The notes beneath the pieces are model-generated. The model ran no database searches. It saw nothing but the letters and a program-made list of their open reading frames with translations, and was not told the DNA's origin. Of a stretch of 64,000 nt of DNA, positions 44,518 to 54,751 are shown piece after piece. Source of the stretch: an uncultured Chthonomonadaceae bacterium (GTDB lineage: Bacteria; Armatimonadota; Chthonomonadetes; Chthonomonadales; Chthonomonadaceae); assembly GCA_963817895.1 (NCBI GenBank), contig CAWFQB010000006.1, forward strand, positions 224,001-288,000, in the 5' to 3' direction. Within the stretch, counting starts at the first letter, position 1. Each line of letters begins with the position of its first letter. Both the position numbers and the translations under genes were made by a program.

Positions 44518-45543
44518 ATGAACAGCAGCAAAGGCAATTCAAGAAAAAGCGCGCGCCTGATTTCCGCCGTGACCGTGAGCGGCCTGATTTTGAGCGGGGT
44601 GTTTGTCGCCAATCTGACCGGTGCGCAGGCGCAGGGTGGCGGCAGGCAGGGACGGCAGGGCAGGGGCGGCGGACAGGGACAAGCGGGCCAAAACCCCAAC
44701 GGGGTTGGCGCGGGTGGACAGGGACAGGGGCCGGGACAGGGCGGCTTCGGCGGACGTTCGCCGATGATGCAGGGAACCGTTACGGGCGGCGACAGCAGCG
44801 CGGGCACGATTATCATCAGTTCGCCCTTCGGCGGCGGCAACCAGACCTTGAAAGTGACGCAGACCACGCAGTTCGCCACGCAAATGGAAGTATCCGCGTC
44901 CGAGTTGCGCGTGGGGGATCAGGTGCAGGTGCAGGGCGTGCCGACCGGCATTACCGCCAGTTCCATCACGGCGGGACAGATGCCGGACTTTCTGCGTCCC
45001 GGCGGGCAAAACAATCGCCCCGGTCAGAACAACGCGGGCGGCGCGAATGCTCCGGGCGGGCAGGGCGCAGGCGACGCGCAAAACAATACGGGCGTGCTTG
45101 GCCGACTGGCGCAGAGCCAGAATGGTCAGGGCCAGAATGGTCAGGGGCCGCCACCGGCGCAGGCGTTCGCGTCTGCAACCGGCAAAGTGATTTCCACCAG
45201 GCCGCTCACCATCTCTATCGGAGACGGTGTTTCCATCACGCTGAAAATGGGCGCGGACGCCAAAGTGACCAAAATCACCAAAGCGACGTTTGACAGCCTG
45301 AAAGTGGGCGACCGTATCACTGCCGCCGGAGCGACAGGCGCGGACGGCACGTTCACGGCAACCGGAATCGGCATCAACATGGCGCAGGGCGGCGGGCGCG
45401 GCGGCTTCGGCGGTCCCGGCGGTTTCGGGGGGCCTGGTGGTTTCGGTGGACCGGGCGGCTTCGGCGGACGCGGCGGACGCGGGGGCGGTCAGGGAGGTCC
45501 CGGTGGCCCCGGCGGTCCTCCCCCGACCGATGGCGGCAATTAA
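44518..45543 (+). CDS. Gly-rich secreted protein with DUF5666-like OB repeats
   Basis: SELRVGDQVQVQG and DSLKVGDRITAAG; GGPGGF repeats; RBS GGAGA. Confidence 0.7.
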   Translation: MNSSKGNSRKSARLISAVTVSGLILSGVFVANLTGAQAQGGGRQGRQGRGGGQGQAGQNPNGVGAGGQGQGPGQGGFGGRSPMMQGTVTGGDSSAGTIIISSPFGGGNQTLKVTQTTQFATQMEVSASELRVGDQVQVQGVPTGITASSITAGQMPDFLRPGGQNNRPGQNNAGGANAPGGQGAGDAQNNTGVLGRLAQSQNGQGQNGQGPPPAQAFASATGKVISTRPLTISIGDGVSITLKMGADAKVTKITKATFDSLKVGDRITAAGATGADGTFTATGIGINMAQGGGRGGFGGPGGFGGPGGFGGPGGFGGRGGRGGGQGGPGGPGGPPPTDGGN

Positions 45544-45843
45544 GTTAGAAACTGCGACAACGTTCGCGGTTATAAATTCACAGCGCCAATCCGCGCCTTG
45601 CGCCTGAATTATGTTCAGGCGCAGGGCGCATATTTTACGCTTTTTGAGTTCTCCGACAAATGCGGAATGTAAATTTTGCCAATGGCGACGCAACAAAAAA
45701 CGCCGTTTACGGACGTGGCTCCTGCCGGAAATTGTGAATTTGGCGTATAATGCTACAGAGAACACGTTTTCAATTGCAATCGTGTCGGTTGTTAAACGCA
45801 AATACGCGCTCTGATGCTGATAAGAGAGGAACCTCCAACCTTC

Positions 45844-46707
45844 ATGTCGAAACCTTTTGATGCAGCGACCCGGTATCTGGTGGAGATTGACCCGCTGGCA
45901 TGGCTGCAATTTGCCGGTTTGAGTGGAAGCGAGGCGGAACTCATAGACGCCAACCTGTCCACTGTGACGAGCGAAGCCGACCGTATTCTGCATGTTAAGA
46001 CACCGGAGTATATGGCGCATGTCGAGTTGCAGGCTACGTATAAAGACAACCTGCCGTATCGCGTTCTGCGCTACAACGCGCTGACCTTCTGCCGCTATCT
46101 CCTGCCGGTACAAAGCATTCTCGTTCTGCTGCGCAAAGAAGCCGATGGCCCTGCGCTGACGGGCAATCTCGGTTACGTCGTGCCGCAAGGCGCGGGCGGT
46201 TCGCTCACCTTTACGTATCACATCGTTCGAGTATGGGAAAAAGACGTGGAAGACGTGCTTACTGGCGCGTTAGCCACATTGCCGCTCGCGCCCTTAACCA
46301 ATGTTTCTCCTGACGCGCTGCCAGACGTAGTACGCCGCATGGAAGAGCGCATTGATGCCGAAGCGCAGCCTGCCGAAAAGGAGATGCTTTGGACAACAAC
46401 GTACCTGCTCATGGGCTTAAGGTACGAACCGGATGTTACCCGTGAACTGCTGAAAGGAGTCTTAGCCTTGAAAGAATCATCTACCTACATGGAAATCTTT
46501 GAAGAGGGCGAAGCCAGTGGATTGAGCAAGGGCGAAACGAGAGGCGAACGGAACCTTATTCTGCGGATTGGACACAAGCGTTTTGGCACACCGGACGCTG
46601 CTACTGTCGCCGCGCTGGAGGCCATCACGTCTCTGGACACTCTGGAACAACTGGCCGAGCGCCTGCTCGAAGTGGAGACATGGGACGAACTTCTCAACGA
46701 ACAGTAA
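45844..46707 (+). CDS. Rpn/YhgA-like PD-(D/E)XK protein with DUF4351-like C-terminus
   Basis: KPFD..L, EADRIL..HVELQ, LPLAPL, KESSTY.EIFEEG..G...GER..LR..KRFG. Confidence 0.75.
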   Translation: MSKPFDAATRYLVEIDPLAWLQFAGLSGSEAELIDANLSTVTSEADRILHVKTPEYMAHVELQATYKDNLPYRVLRYNALTFCRYLLPVQSILVLLRKEADGPALTGNLGYVVPQGAGGSLTFTYHIVRVWEKDVEDVLTGALATLPLAPLTNVSPDALPDVVRRMEERIDAEAQPAEKEMLWTTTYLLMGLRYEPDVTRELLKGVLALKESSTYMEIFEEGEASGLSKGETRGERNLILRIGHKRFGTPDAATVAALEAITSLDTLEQLAERLLEVETWDELLNEQ

Positions 46708-46862
46708 CGCTTACGCGCCGGGTGTTGAAATCAGCCCCTGTATACGCTTATCACGGCGAATACAGGGGCTTGTTAGCTGTCCAAACTTGTACGGACTTGC
46801 GCGCGGTTCGCCCCGGATTACAGTTCGGATTGGAACCGCCGCGCTGACTCAGTAGTTGCGCA

Positions 46863-48242
46863 TCACCCGCGCAGGACGCCCCGAAAGTCGGCGGGTGTCC
46901 CCTTGTAGTTGGGGAACACGCGGGGCAGGCTTTGCGCTCCCAAATGTCTGGTAGCGATTTCTCCGAAAACGGCGCGGAAGTCTGTCGTCACGGCAAGGTC
47001 GCGGTTCTCGTAGAGCTGCCCTTCCGCAAGTCCCGGCCATTTGCCCAGCACCTTGCCGCCGCTCACATCGCCGCCAAGCGCGAAGAAGCAGGTGGCGTGG
47101 CCGTGATCCGTGCCGCCCGTTCCGTTTTGGCGCGCGGCGCGGCCAAACTCGCTCATCGTCAAAATCACCACATCCGCCATTTTGTCGCCAAGATCGGCAT
47201 ACAGCGCGGACACGCCCTGCCCGAACTCTCGCAATTGCTGCGTCAGGCGTTGCGTCTGGCTGGTGTGCGTGTCCCATCCGCCCATCTCCGCAAAGGCCAC
47301 TTCCACGCCCACATCGGCTTTCACCAGTTGCGCGATCTGTTGCAGCGACTCTCCAAACCGTCCCGCCGGATACGCGGCCCCATTGGAAGGAACATACGTT
47401 CCCGGCACGGCTTTTTTCAGCAGGGATATAGCCTCGAAACTCTCCTTACCCGGCCCGTGCAGCACATCGCCAACCGCGTGATCGTACAGCGTCTCGAACC
47501 CGCCCGCAGCGGACGCCGACGCCGCCATCATGTCGGGAGTGGCCGCGCTTGCGGTCAGGGCGCGTCCGCCGCCCTTCTTGCCTCTGCGCCCCGCTTCGCC
47601 CGCGCTTGCCACGCCGATGCCGAACGCCCTCAGGTCGGGAATGGCAAGCGCGCCCGCATCCCCCTGCAAACTGCGCGGCAGGCCGTGATCGCCGCCGAGC
47701 GCAACCGCCCGGAACGGACTGCCGGTTCCCGCTGCTGCCGCGAGCTTCGCCCGGTCTTCGGGGCAGGCCAAAACCGCGCGGGACAGCCATCCATCCGCAA
47801 CATGCTTGTCACCCGGCGCGCCCGATTCCATGAAGTCCTGCGCGTCGAAGTGTGAGCGCGTCGCGTCGGGGGAACCGCAGGCGTGAACGGCCGCCAGATG
47901 CCCGGACTTGTAAATCGGCAGGAACGGGGCCAATCCGGGATGCAGGCCGTAAAAGCCGTCCAGATCGAGCAGGGCGTTGTTGCCGGGGCCGCCGGGACGC
48001 TGTAACGCGAGTGTGGGGCGCAGCCGGTACAAATCGCGATCCCCATGCGGCGCGACAATGTTCAGGCCGTCCGCCGCGCCGCGCTGAAAGATGCAGATCA
48101 GGATTTTGCCCTTTTTGCGGGCACTGGTATCAGCCCCGAAAGCCGCCTGCCGCAGAAACATCGGTCCGAACACGGGAGCCAGTCCCACGGACGCCAGCGC
48201 GATGCCCCCGTTTTTCACAAACAAACGACGTGATATTTTCAT
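46863..48242 (-). CDS. DUF1501 domain protein (DUF1800-associated), Tat signal
   Basis: SRRLFVK, FQRGAADGLN, RSHFDAQD, GGWDTH, SEFGR, GTDHG. Confidence 0.9.
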   Translation of the reverse strand: MKISRRLFVKNGGIALASVGLAPVFGPMFLRQAAFGADTSARKKGKILICIFQRGAADGLNIVAPHGDRDLYRLRPTLALQRPGGPGNNALLDLDGFYGLHPGLAPFLPIYKSGHLAAVHACGSPDATRSHFDAQDFMESGAPGDKHVADGWLSRAVLACPEDRAKLAAAAGTGSPFRAVALGGDHGLPRSLQGDAGALAIPDLRAFGIGVASAGEAGRRGKKGGGRALTASAATPDMMAASASAAGGFETLYDHAVGDVLHGPGKESFEAISLLKKAVPGTYVPSNGAAYPAGRFGESLQQIAQLVKADVGVEVAFAEMGGWDTHTSQTQRLTQQLREFGQGVSALYADLGDKMADVVILTMSEFGRAARQNGTGGTDHGHATCFFALGGDVSGGKVLGKWPGLAEGQLYENRDLAVTTDFRAVFGEIATRHLGAQSLPRVFPNYKGTPADFRGVLRG

Positions 48243-48260
48243 GGTGTTAAACTCCTTGAG

Positions 48261-48367
48261 GAAGGTTGTTAGGTTATCAGGTTACAATGTTCGTCTGAAT
48301 CTCTGCTAAACCTGAAAACTTACCAAATTGAATACCTAACAACTAACAACTAACAACCTGACAACCT
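48261..48367. repeat. inverted pair of (AGGTTGTT)n ... (AACAACCT)n arrays
   Basis: aggttgttaggttatcaggtt ... cctaacaactaacaactaacaacctgacaacct, abutting the DUF1800 stop. Confidence 0.75.
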
Positions 48368-50445
48368 TATCTCCTCTGAAACTCCGGGGAGCCGAGCAGC
48401 AGGGCGGCGATACGGGGGGCGGTAACGCTGCCCGACGCGGTTGAGACATTGGTAGCCGTGGGCGCGTCACCGTTCATCTGTTTGAGCAGCGTGGCGCGGG
48501 TGGCCGGGGCGATGGGCGTGTGCAGTATTTGCGCGGCAAGCGTGTCCATAAGCTGTCCGGCCTCTTTTGCCGGGACGCTTTTGGCGTCCGTTGGCGCGGT
48601 CGGCAGGTGAACGCCTGTGACATCTCCCAATTTGCCGTCCGTGAGCGCGAGAGCAAAGTTCAGGCGCGAAATCAGCGCGCCCGCCGACACCCACTTGCTG
48701 GAATCTTCCGGGTAGCCGGTGGGAGCCTGATACTGGAACAGGGGCTGGCCCATCGTGCCGACCTGTCCGAACAGGGTGGTTTCGCTGGCGTCCAGATAGC
48801 CGCCGCCTTTGGGCGGCTTGATGAGCGATGTGGCAATTCTGGCCTGACCCTGTCCTCTGCCGCGCCCCATAGCAACTTCCGCATAGGTTCCGCCAAGCGC
48901 GCGAACCGAAGATACGGCGTATTCAAATGGCGATTTGATCTTGCTGCGGTACGCTGTCGGCGCATAAAATTCGGGTGAAGTGACAATGGTTCGTACGATT
49001 TCGCGCAGGTCGCCATCCGTTCGTTTCCATGTCGCCACGCACTTATCCACAAGCGAAGCGGGCGGCGTATCGGCAACAAACCGCTGGCAGAGTTGATAGG
49101 AGACGTGCTTCATGGTGGCGGGATGGGAGGCTAGAATATCCAGCACCTTTTCGCCATCCTGAATGCCGCCGCCTGCCGGAATGGTTTGTCCGAGTACCGT
49201 TTTCGCGCCGTTGTCATGCGCGGCGGGAGCGAAGCGGAACGCCGCCTGCTGCGGCGTACTTGCCCTGACCGGGCCGTTTGTTGCCCTGCGAAGCCACGCC
49301 CCAGCCTGTGAAGCAACGCGCCACTTCATGCACGTCGTTTTGCGTATAGCCGCCGTCCACGCCCAGCGTGTGCAGTTCCATGATTTCGCGGGCGTAGTTT
49401 TCGTTCAGGCCGGTTGGGGCCTTCTTCTTTTGCTGCGCGGCGGCTTTGAGTCTGGCGCGTCGCGCGGGCATAACGGCTGCCGTTTCCGCGCCCGGATCGG
49501 CTGTGGAAAGATAGTTGTCCAGATAAACGAGCATGGCGGGACTGTGTGCGCTGGCTCCGAGCAGATCGCGGAATTTGCCCATAACATGTGGGCGAATCGC
49601 ATCGCGGTCATCGGCGATTTTCAGGATGCCGCAGGGCGCGCGGCGCAGGTCAATATTGAAATGGTTGTTCCAGAAATCAGCCAGCACCTCTTGAAGTTGC
49701 CGTTCCGATTCTACCGCTCGTACCATTTTCGCGGCCATAAACTGCTCATGCGCTTCGGTCACAGGCATAGCGGCCTGCGCCACCTGCTGCCGCAACGCGC
49801 GCATGTCTTGCATCTGTGTCATCGTATCCGCGTCTGCGCTTGCGCCGAGCAGCGACTTTTTGGCTTTGTTGCCCTTTGCCGCTTTCTTGTCGGCAACCGG
49901 CGGCGCGGCTTCCATTTTCTCCGGCATAGCGGGGGGCGTTTGCCCCGCCACAGCCCCGGCAACAGGCGTTTGTCCTGCCGCTGCGTCTGCCGCAGCGGTT
50001 TCGCGCGCCGCCTGCTTTTTGGCGGCTTTGTTGACGCCCTGCGCCTGTTTCGCCACGCCTAAAAACGTGTTGTACTCTTCGGCAAGCTGTTCGCTGCTCA
50101 ACTGTAGCTGCGCGTAGCTCGCCAATTGCCGGTCTACCGCCGAGTCGTCAATGCGTTCGGGATGCAATTGCAGATCAATGTAACGCGACAGTCCCATCGC
50201 TTTTACTTTCTGCGACATCGCCGGGACGCGCCCCGAACCCAAGCCGGTTCAAAACATGAACGATTTTCTGGTCTTCGGTCAAGCGGCGCGGCGGCATTGC
50301 GCTTCATCGCGTCACCGGAAACGGGCGGGGCGGTTTTCTCAACGGGCGCGGCGGAAAGCGTGTTGGCGGTGAGCGTAATTCCCCCTGCGCCAAGCGAAAG
50401 GGCAAGGGCGCTCAGGGCGATTCGGTTCAGTCTGGCGGTTGGCAT
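48367..50445 (-). CDS. DUF1800 domain protein; frameshifts near 50280, 50210 and 49310
   Basis: HVLNRLGFG, QLQEVLADFWNNHFN, PAMLVYLDN, NENYAREIMELHTLG, KIKSPFEY, LLLGSPEFQRR. Confidence 0.9.
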
Positions 50446-50573
50446 ATCGCATCCTTCTTTGATATCTAATTGGAACGACTACAAGCGGAAGTCCACGGTT
50501 ACAGACGCAGAAATGTGTCGGGAGTTCACTGCTTTCTCAAACCGACATAAAATTACCGGGAAAAAGAAAACTT

Positions 50574-50701
50574 GTAGGGACACAACTTGTTGTGTCCGCA
50601 TCCTCTGCTTCGGGAGAAAACACAACCCTCGCCGGAGGATTGCGCAAATGTTGGGGAGAGGACACAAATTATGGGGAGGACACAACAAGTTGTGTCCCTA
50701 C
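50574..50701. repeat. GTAG-type REP doublet (REPIN)
   Basis: GTAGGGACACAACTTGTTGTGTCC (50574-50597) and its exact reverse complement (50678-50701). Confidence 0.85.
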
Positions 50702-50756
50702 GAGCATGTTCTTGAGGTGGCAACCGCCTTGTTTGAGCGAAATTGGGTTCGGATAT

Positions 50757-51461
50757 TTACACGCCTGTAAGCAGTTGATCGTAGGCGAAGTCGGTGATTA
50801 TGTCGCCATCGTTGAAAACGCGATTTTGACAGCAGGGGTTGTCCCAAAAATCGTGTTCCACAATGTCAACAACAGGTGGAATATCTTTGCAAACAACCTG
50901 AACAATCCGGTTATCGCTGCGGTGACGCTTGACGGTCAACTCATAAGCAGGAGTAACTTCTTTGTAGCGACCGGGTAATTCGTTGGTTTCAATGGCTTCC
51001 GCTATTTCCGCGGCAGTGGCATCATCCATTGCGGGAACCATGTCTGCATTCATAAGAACTATTTGATTGTTAATAGTTTTGTATCCGGCAAAGGCTCCTA
51101 ATAGGTATGGCCCGCAGAGATGTAATATCGCGCCATTATCCACTTGAAAAAAGAAGCGCAACGCTTCATCATCTCCATAGTTGTCCTCCTCTATCAAAAG
51201 CATTCTGGTGAAATGGTAATTCGTGACAGTTACTAATCCTTGCGCTTCCCATGTGCGCATTTGCTTTTCGTGCTCCTTTGTGGGATCAGAGGAAAATAAA
51301 AACCCGGCGACGATGCACAGTAGCAGAAGAAAAGCAAAGGTTATGATAAATATTACAAAACTGAGTAGCAATTGGGAACGTTCCTGCCTGTTGGCAAGCA
51401 GCATTATCGCCAACAAAATGCTGCCGAACACGAACAAACCTGTCCGCAAAATCCGCATCAT
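50757..51461 (-). CDS. hypothetical membrane protein (two N-terminal TM helices)
   Basis: Two hydrophobic helices; lower GC; directly downstream of recO. Confidence 0.6.
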   Translation of the reverse strand: MMRILRTGLFVFGSILLAIMLLANRQERSQLLLSFVIFIITFAFLLLLCIVAGFLFSSDPTKEHEKQMRTWEAQGLVTVTNYHFTRMLLIEEDNYGDDEALRFFFQVDNGAILHLCGPYLLGAFAGYKTINNQIVLMNADMVPAMDDATAAEIAEAIETNELPGRYKEVTPAYELTVKRHRSDNRIVQVVCKDIPPVVDIVEHDFWDNPCCQNRVFNDGDIITDFAYDQLLTGV

Positions 51462-51471
51462 TTCACCTGTT

Positions 51472-52233
51472 TCACTTTCCTGCCCGGAGTTGATCCAGAA
51501 AGTCGGCGCTTTTGAGGTCGCGGTTGACGCGGAAACGGATGAACCAGCGGAGGGCGCGGGCCACTTCGGCTGCGGTTTTGGGCGCGGGTTCGAGGCTGAG
51601 AACGGCTTCGGGCGGCTCCTGCATCAGGGTTTGCATCGTTTCCACGCTCTCCTGCGATAAACTGACGGCATCATCTGCCTTGTAGCGATCCGCGTTGCAC
51701 AGGGTTCCGCCAAGCGAGGGGCTGAACCCGACCTGACGGCGTTCCAGCGGATTGCCGCATTTCACGCAATGATCCAGCACGGGCGCGTAGCCGATGATTG
51801 CCAGCAGATGCAGTTCATACGCATGGACAATGCCGTCCGGGTAGTGTTCGGCGCGGGCCAGCAGATGCAGGGCGGAAATGGTTAAATCGAATAGCTCGTC
51901 ACTGGCAATGGCGTCCCGTTCCAGCGTCAGGCGATCCAGCAGTTCGCAGAAGTAGGTGGCGCGGGCCAGCCGTTCCAGATCGTAGCGCAAATCGGGAAAC
52001 GAATTCACGATTTCGCACTGCGAAACAATGTCCAGATTCCGGCCTGTTCCGAGCAGAAACCGGGAGTGCGTGAACAAATCCGTCGCGCCGCTCAAACGGC
52101 TTTTGCCCCGCCGCGCTCCCTTGGCGACAGCGGACACTTTGCCGTGTTCGCGGGTGAACAGCGTCAATATACGATCATTTTCGCCCAGGTCAATGCGATG
52201 CGTGACCAGGCCATTGGCTGAATAGGTAGGCAT
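51472..52233 (-). CDS. recO: DNA repair protein RecO
   Basis: LGENDRILTLFTREHGKVSAVAKGARR, GYAPVLDHCVKCG, GGTLC. Confidence 0.95.
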   Translation of the reverse strand: MPTYSANGLVTHRIDLGENDRILTLFTREHGKVSAVAKGARRGKSRLSGATDLFTHSRFLLGTGRNLDIVSQCEIVNSFPDLRYDLERLARATYFCELLDRLTLERDAIASDELFDLTISALHLLARAEHYPDGIVHAYELHLLAIIGYAPVLDHCVKCGNPLERRQVGFSPSLGGTLCNADRYKADDAVSLSQESVETMQTLMQEPPEAVLSLEPAPKTAAEVARALRWFIRFRVNRDLKSADFLDQLRAGK

Positions 52234-52338
52234 AGGATTTTAGGTTGTCAGGTTGTCAGGTTGTCAGGTTGTTCGTTAGAGAAAAGCGCCTGTGGCCTCT
52301 TTGCCTAACAACTAACAACCTAAAACCCTAAAACCCTA
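52234..52338. repeat. inverted octamer arrays filling the junction upstream of recO
   Basis: aggattttaggttgtcaggttgtcaggttgtcaggttgtt ... cctaacaactaacaacctaaaaccctaaaacccta; touches the start codon at 52233 and the stop at 52336. Confidence 0.8.
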
Positions 52339-53868
52339 TCTCTCGAACGTACTCCGATACCGGCGCAGGCGGCGCTGCAATTCCACGAGGGCGAAGTGCG
52401 CGGCGTCGCGAGTCAGGGTTTGATTCGATTGCGGCCTGTTGGCGGCAGCCGGTGATGGGGACGCCATCATGGTGGCAACGGCGCGGTCATGCCATAAGAG
52501 TACGCCATCCTCCACGCGGACGAGAGCGGCGGTGGCTTCCACGCGGGCGGAACGCCCCTGTTCCGCTGTGGATGTGTTGGCGATTACGGGCGTATGCGGT
52601 TCGCTTTCAGACAACTCTACGTCCGTTACGCGGGTAAGCAGCACATATTCTACATGCAGGCTGCGCCCAAGCGTTTGCGCGCGGGCAAGGTCAGGCTGAT
52701 CTTCATTCTTCCACAGCGACGTTTCCCTGATACCCTGCGCGATAAGAGAAGCGCGAACATCGTTTTCAGTGATTACGCGGTCAGGCGCAATAGGCAAGAG
52801 GTCGGGCAGAAACAGGGCGGAAACATCGGCGTGAAGGTTTGCAAGCGGGGCCGGGACTACGCGCCGCCCCACAGCCGTAAAGATCAGTCTGTCCGCGTCG
52901 GAGGGCGTAAGCGTCGGCGTCACGGCAATGTGGTCGCCCGGACGCATGAACGGGGCCGGTTCTCCCACGCGCAGGGCGTGAAGCAGCAGGTTGACGGTTT
53001 GCTGCGCCGCGTCGCGTATCAAATCGCCCTGCGGCTTCTGGTACTGCTTATGAAACAACACGCGATCCGCAAACGCGGTTCCGGCGGCCGCGACATGCGC
53101 GGGCCAGCGTGTTATATGGGGAACGGCAGCAACGGGCATTACATTGGCAATGTGAATGTCGGCGAATACCTCCGCGTCGCGTATCGCGCCCTCATGAATG
53201 GCGCAGGCGGTCACGCGGGGCATGAGAATGGCCTGACTGTTCAGCAGGGCGCACAGCCGCCGCGCATTGTCGGGCAGCATGGCCTGTTCAGATGTCAGAT
53301 GCAGGGTTTGTAACGCCTGCGTCGTCTCATTTTCACCGACCACGACCACCTCAAGACGCTCCTGAAGGCGTTCCGTCAGGGCATCCGTGAGCAGCGCCTG
53401 CGCCAGCATGACACGCTGCTCCGTCGGCACAACATCAATTTTACCGGCAATCGAAGCCGCCGAACCGGGAGACTGTAAAATAGCGGGGGAATTGTTGCCG
53501 GAACCGGGGGCAACGCTTGATACGGGTTTGGTTACTTGATTGTCCGATTTGCCCGCAGGCGCAACGGCTGACAACGCCGGAGCCGCCGCCTTTGCCGGTA
53601 TCGAACGCTTTCGGGACTTGCGGCGTTTTTTGCTGTGGGAAGCGCGTTCCCGGTCAATGCGCCATTGCGTCTGTGGCGTAGTGGCGGAACGGGCAGGCAA
53701 CAGCACGATAACGCGCTTGATTGCGGCTTCGGCTGTTGCCGATTGCGTATTGCCGGTTTTCTCCCGTTGCGCGATAACAGCCTTTTCCGTTTGCGCGGCA
53801 GCGTTAAGGACCAGGCCGAAAATGAACAAGCAAATAATTATTTCGCATCGCCGCAAAATTCCCACCAT
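52336..53868 (-). CDS. secreted hypothetical protein (two CsgG/LpoB-like lobes possible)
   Basis: Signal peptide; LGRSLHVEYVLL.RVTD..LVRVEDGVLLW. Confidence 0.6.
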   Translation of the reverse strand: MVGILRRCEIIICLFIFGLVLNAAAQTEKAVIAQREKTGNTQSATAEAAIKRVIVLLPARSATTPQTQWRIDRERASHSKKRRKSRKRSIPAKAAAPALSAVAPAGKSDNQVTKPVSSVAPGSGNNSPAILQSPGSAASIAGKIDVVPTEQRVMLAQALLTDALTERLQERLEVVVVGENETTQALQTLHLTSEQAMLPDNARRLCALLNSQAILMPRVTACAIHEGAIRDAEVFADIHIANVMPVAAVPHITRWPAHVAAAGTAFADRVLFHKQYQKPQGDLIRDAAQQTVNLLLHALRVGEPAPFMRPGDHIAVTPTLTPSDADRLIFTAVGRRVVPAPLANLHADVSALFLPDLLPIAPDRVITENDVRASLIAQGIRETSLWKNEDQPDLARAQTLGRSLHVEYVLLTRVTDVELSESEPHTPVIANTSTAEQGRSARVEATAALVRVEDGVLLWHDRAVATMMASPSPAAANRPQSNQTLTRDAAHFALVELQRRLRRYRSTFER

Positions 53869-53877
53869 TTCTTAATA

Positions 53878-53921
53878 GCCCTCACCCCAACCCCTCTCCC
53901 AAAAAAGCCTGGGAGAGGGGC
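53878..53921. repeat. REP-like palindrome, CCCTCTCCC family, copy 3
   Basis: gccctcaccccaacccctctcccaaaaaagcctgggagaggggc. Confidence 0.8.
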
Positions 53922-54133
53922 TTATTTAGAGACAGTCGCTCTTCCCAAAGTTTGGGAGAGGAGCTAATTACGGATAAAGAGAAGGGAGTAAGTAGTTACT
54001 AACCAAAAGACCTGCCAACCTGATAACCTACTCATTCCTACGTATGCGGAAGCGGAAACGCGCCCCGCGCTCTGCCGCCGAACATTTTCTGCGAAATCTG
54101 TTGCCGGAATAGAATTAAAACTCCTGCAAGCTA

Positions 54134-54163
54134 TTGACAATACCTGTCGGCATTTTGTATACT
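54134..54163 (+). promoter_or_regulatory. sigma70-like promoter
   Basis: TTGACA - 18 nt - TATACT. Confidence 0.6.
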
Positions 54164-54355
54164 CTACCCAATTCGTCTGTAAGACGCGCAATTCCTCTCT
54201 TCTAGCTCCATCTGCTCCATCAGGAGTCTTATTCCAGTTTTTGTCTTGCAACGGTTTTTGGCTGCGGAGAAAAATGTCTGCCGCGCTTCTGCGTCTGCGC
54301 GGATGGCAGCCACCCAATAGCTTGACCGACTACTTACACACAAAGGGACAAATGA

Positions 54356-54580
54356 ATGGACCTGGAAGCCAGGGATTTGCTCACCGTCGAACAGGCGGCA
54401 CAGTATTTGCAAGTAAGTCAGTCCAGTATTCGCTCCTACATCCGGCAGGGCCGCCTACAGGCATTCCGCATCGCGGGTAAGCGCAAAGTGCTTATTCCCC
54501 GCGCCGCCCTGCTGTCCCTGCTCGAACCGGCGCGGCCTGAAGATGTGGATCACGCACCCGTTGAGGAGGAGGAAGAGTAG
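54356..54580 (+). CDS. excisionase-like HTH (HTH_17) DNA-binding protein
   Basis: LLTVEQAAQYLQVSQSSIRSYIRQGRLQAFRIAG. Confidence 0.85.
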   Translation: MDLEARDLLTVEQAAQYLQVSQSSIRSYIRQGRLQAFRIAGKRKVLIPRAALLSLLEPARPEDVDHAPVEEEEE

Positions 54581-54635
54581 GTGATAGTTGATGGTTGATA
54601 GGTCGTGTATCTCTATCAACTACCAATTATCAACT
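54578..54635. repeat. inverted heptamer arrays starting at a stop codon
   Basis: TAGgtgatagttgatggttgatagg ... ctatcaactaccaattatcaact. Confidence 0.75.
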
Positions 54636-54751
54636 CTCTTGTCGGGAACCTCTTCCATTTCGCGCCCCGTATCCAGAATACCACAATTCCTCTTTGCAGC
54701 CGCGTCCGTCGCTGCAAGTCTGCGGCAGAAATGTGGGCAAGGAGGGCCAAC

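Noticed and set aside
45385..45530. GGC/GGT-rich 18-bp repeats as a DNA element
   Set aside because: They encode GGPGGF repeats with synonymous variation, so this is protein-level low complexity.
44539..46221. 560-aa minus-strand ORF, and similar long antisense ORFs such as 6862-8178, 18138-19478 and 62093-63373
   Set aside because: Shadows of well-supported genes in GC-rich DNA, with no recognisable motifs.
45844..46707. Rpn-like gene as an IS element
   Set aside because: No terminal inverted repeats or target duplication seen. The family is not a conventional transposase.
54165..54355. Riboswitch in the long leader of the HTH gene (also 23490-23704)
   Set aside because: Some pairing is possible, but I could not recognise any known aptamer consensus. 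It would need an Rfam scan.
54356..54580. Prophage or ICE marked by an excisionase-like gene
   Set aside because: No integrase, att site or phage genes nearby. Standalone HTH_17 regulators are common.
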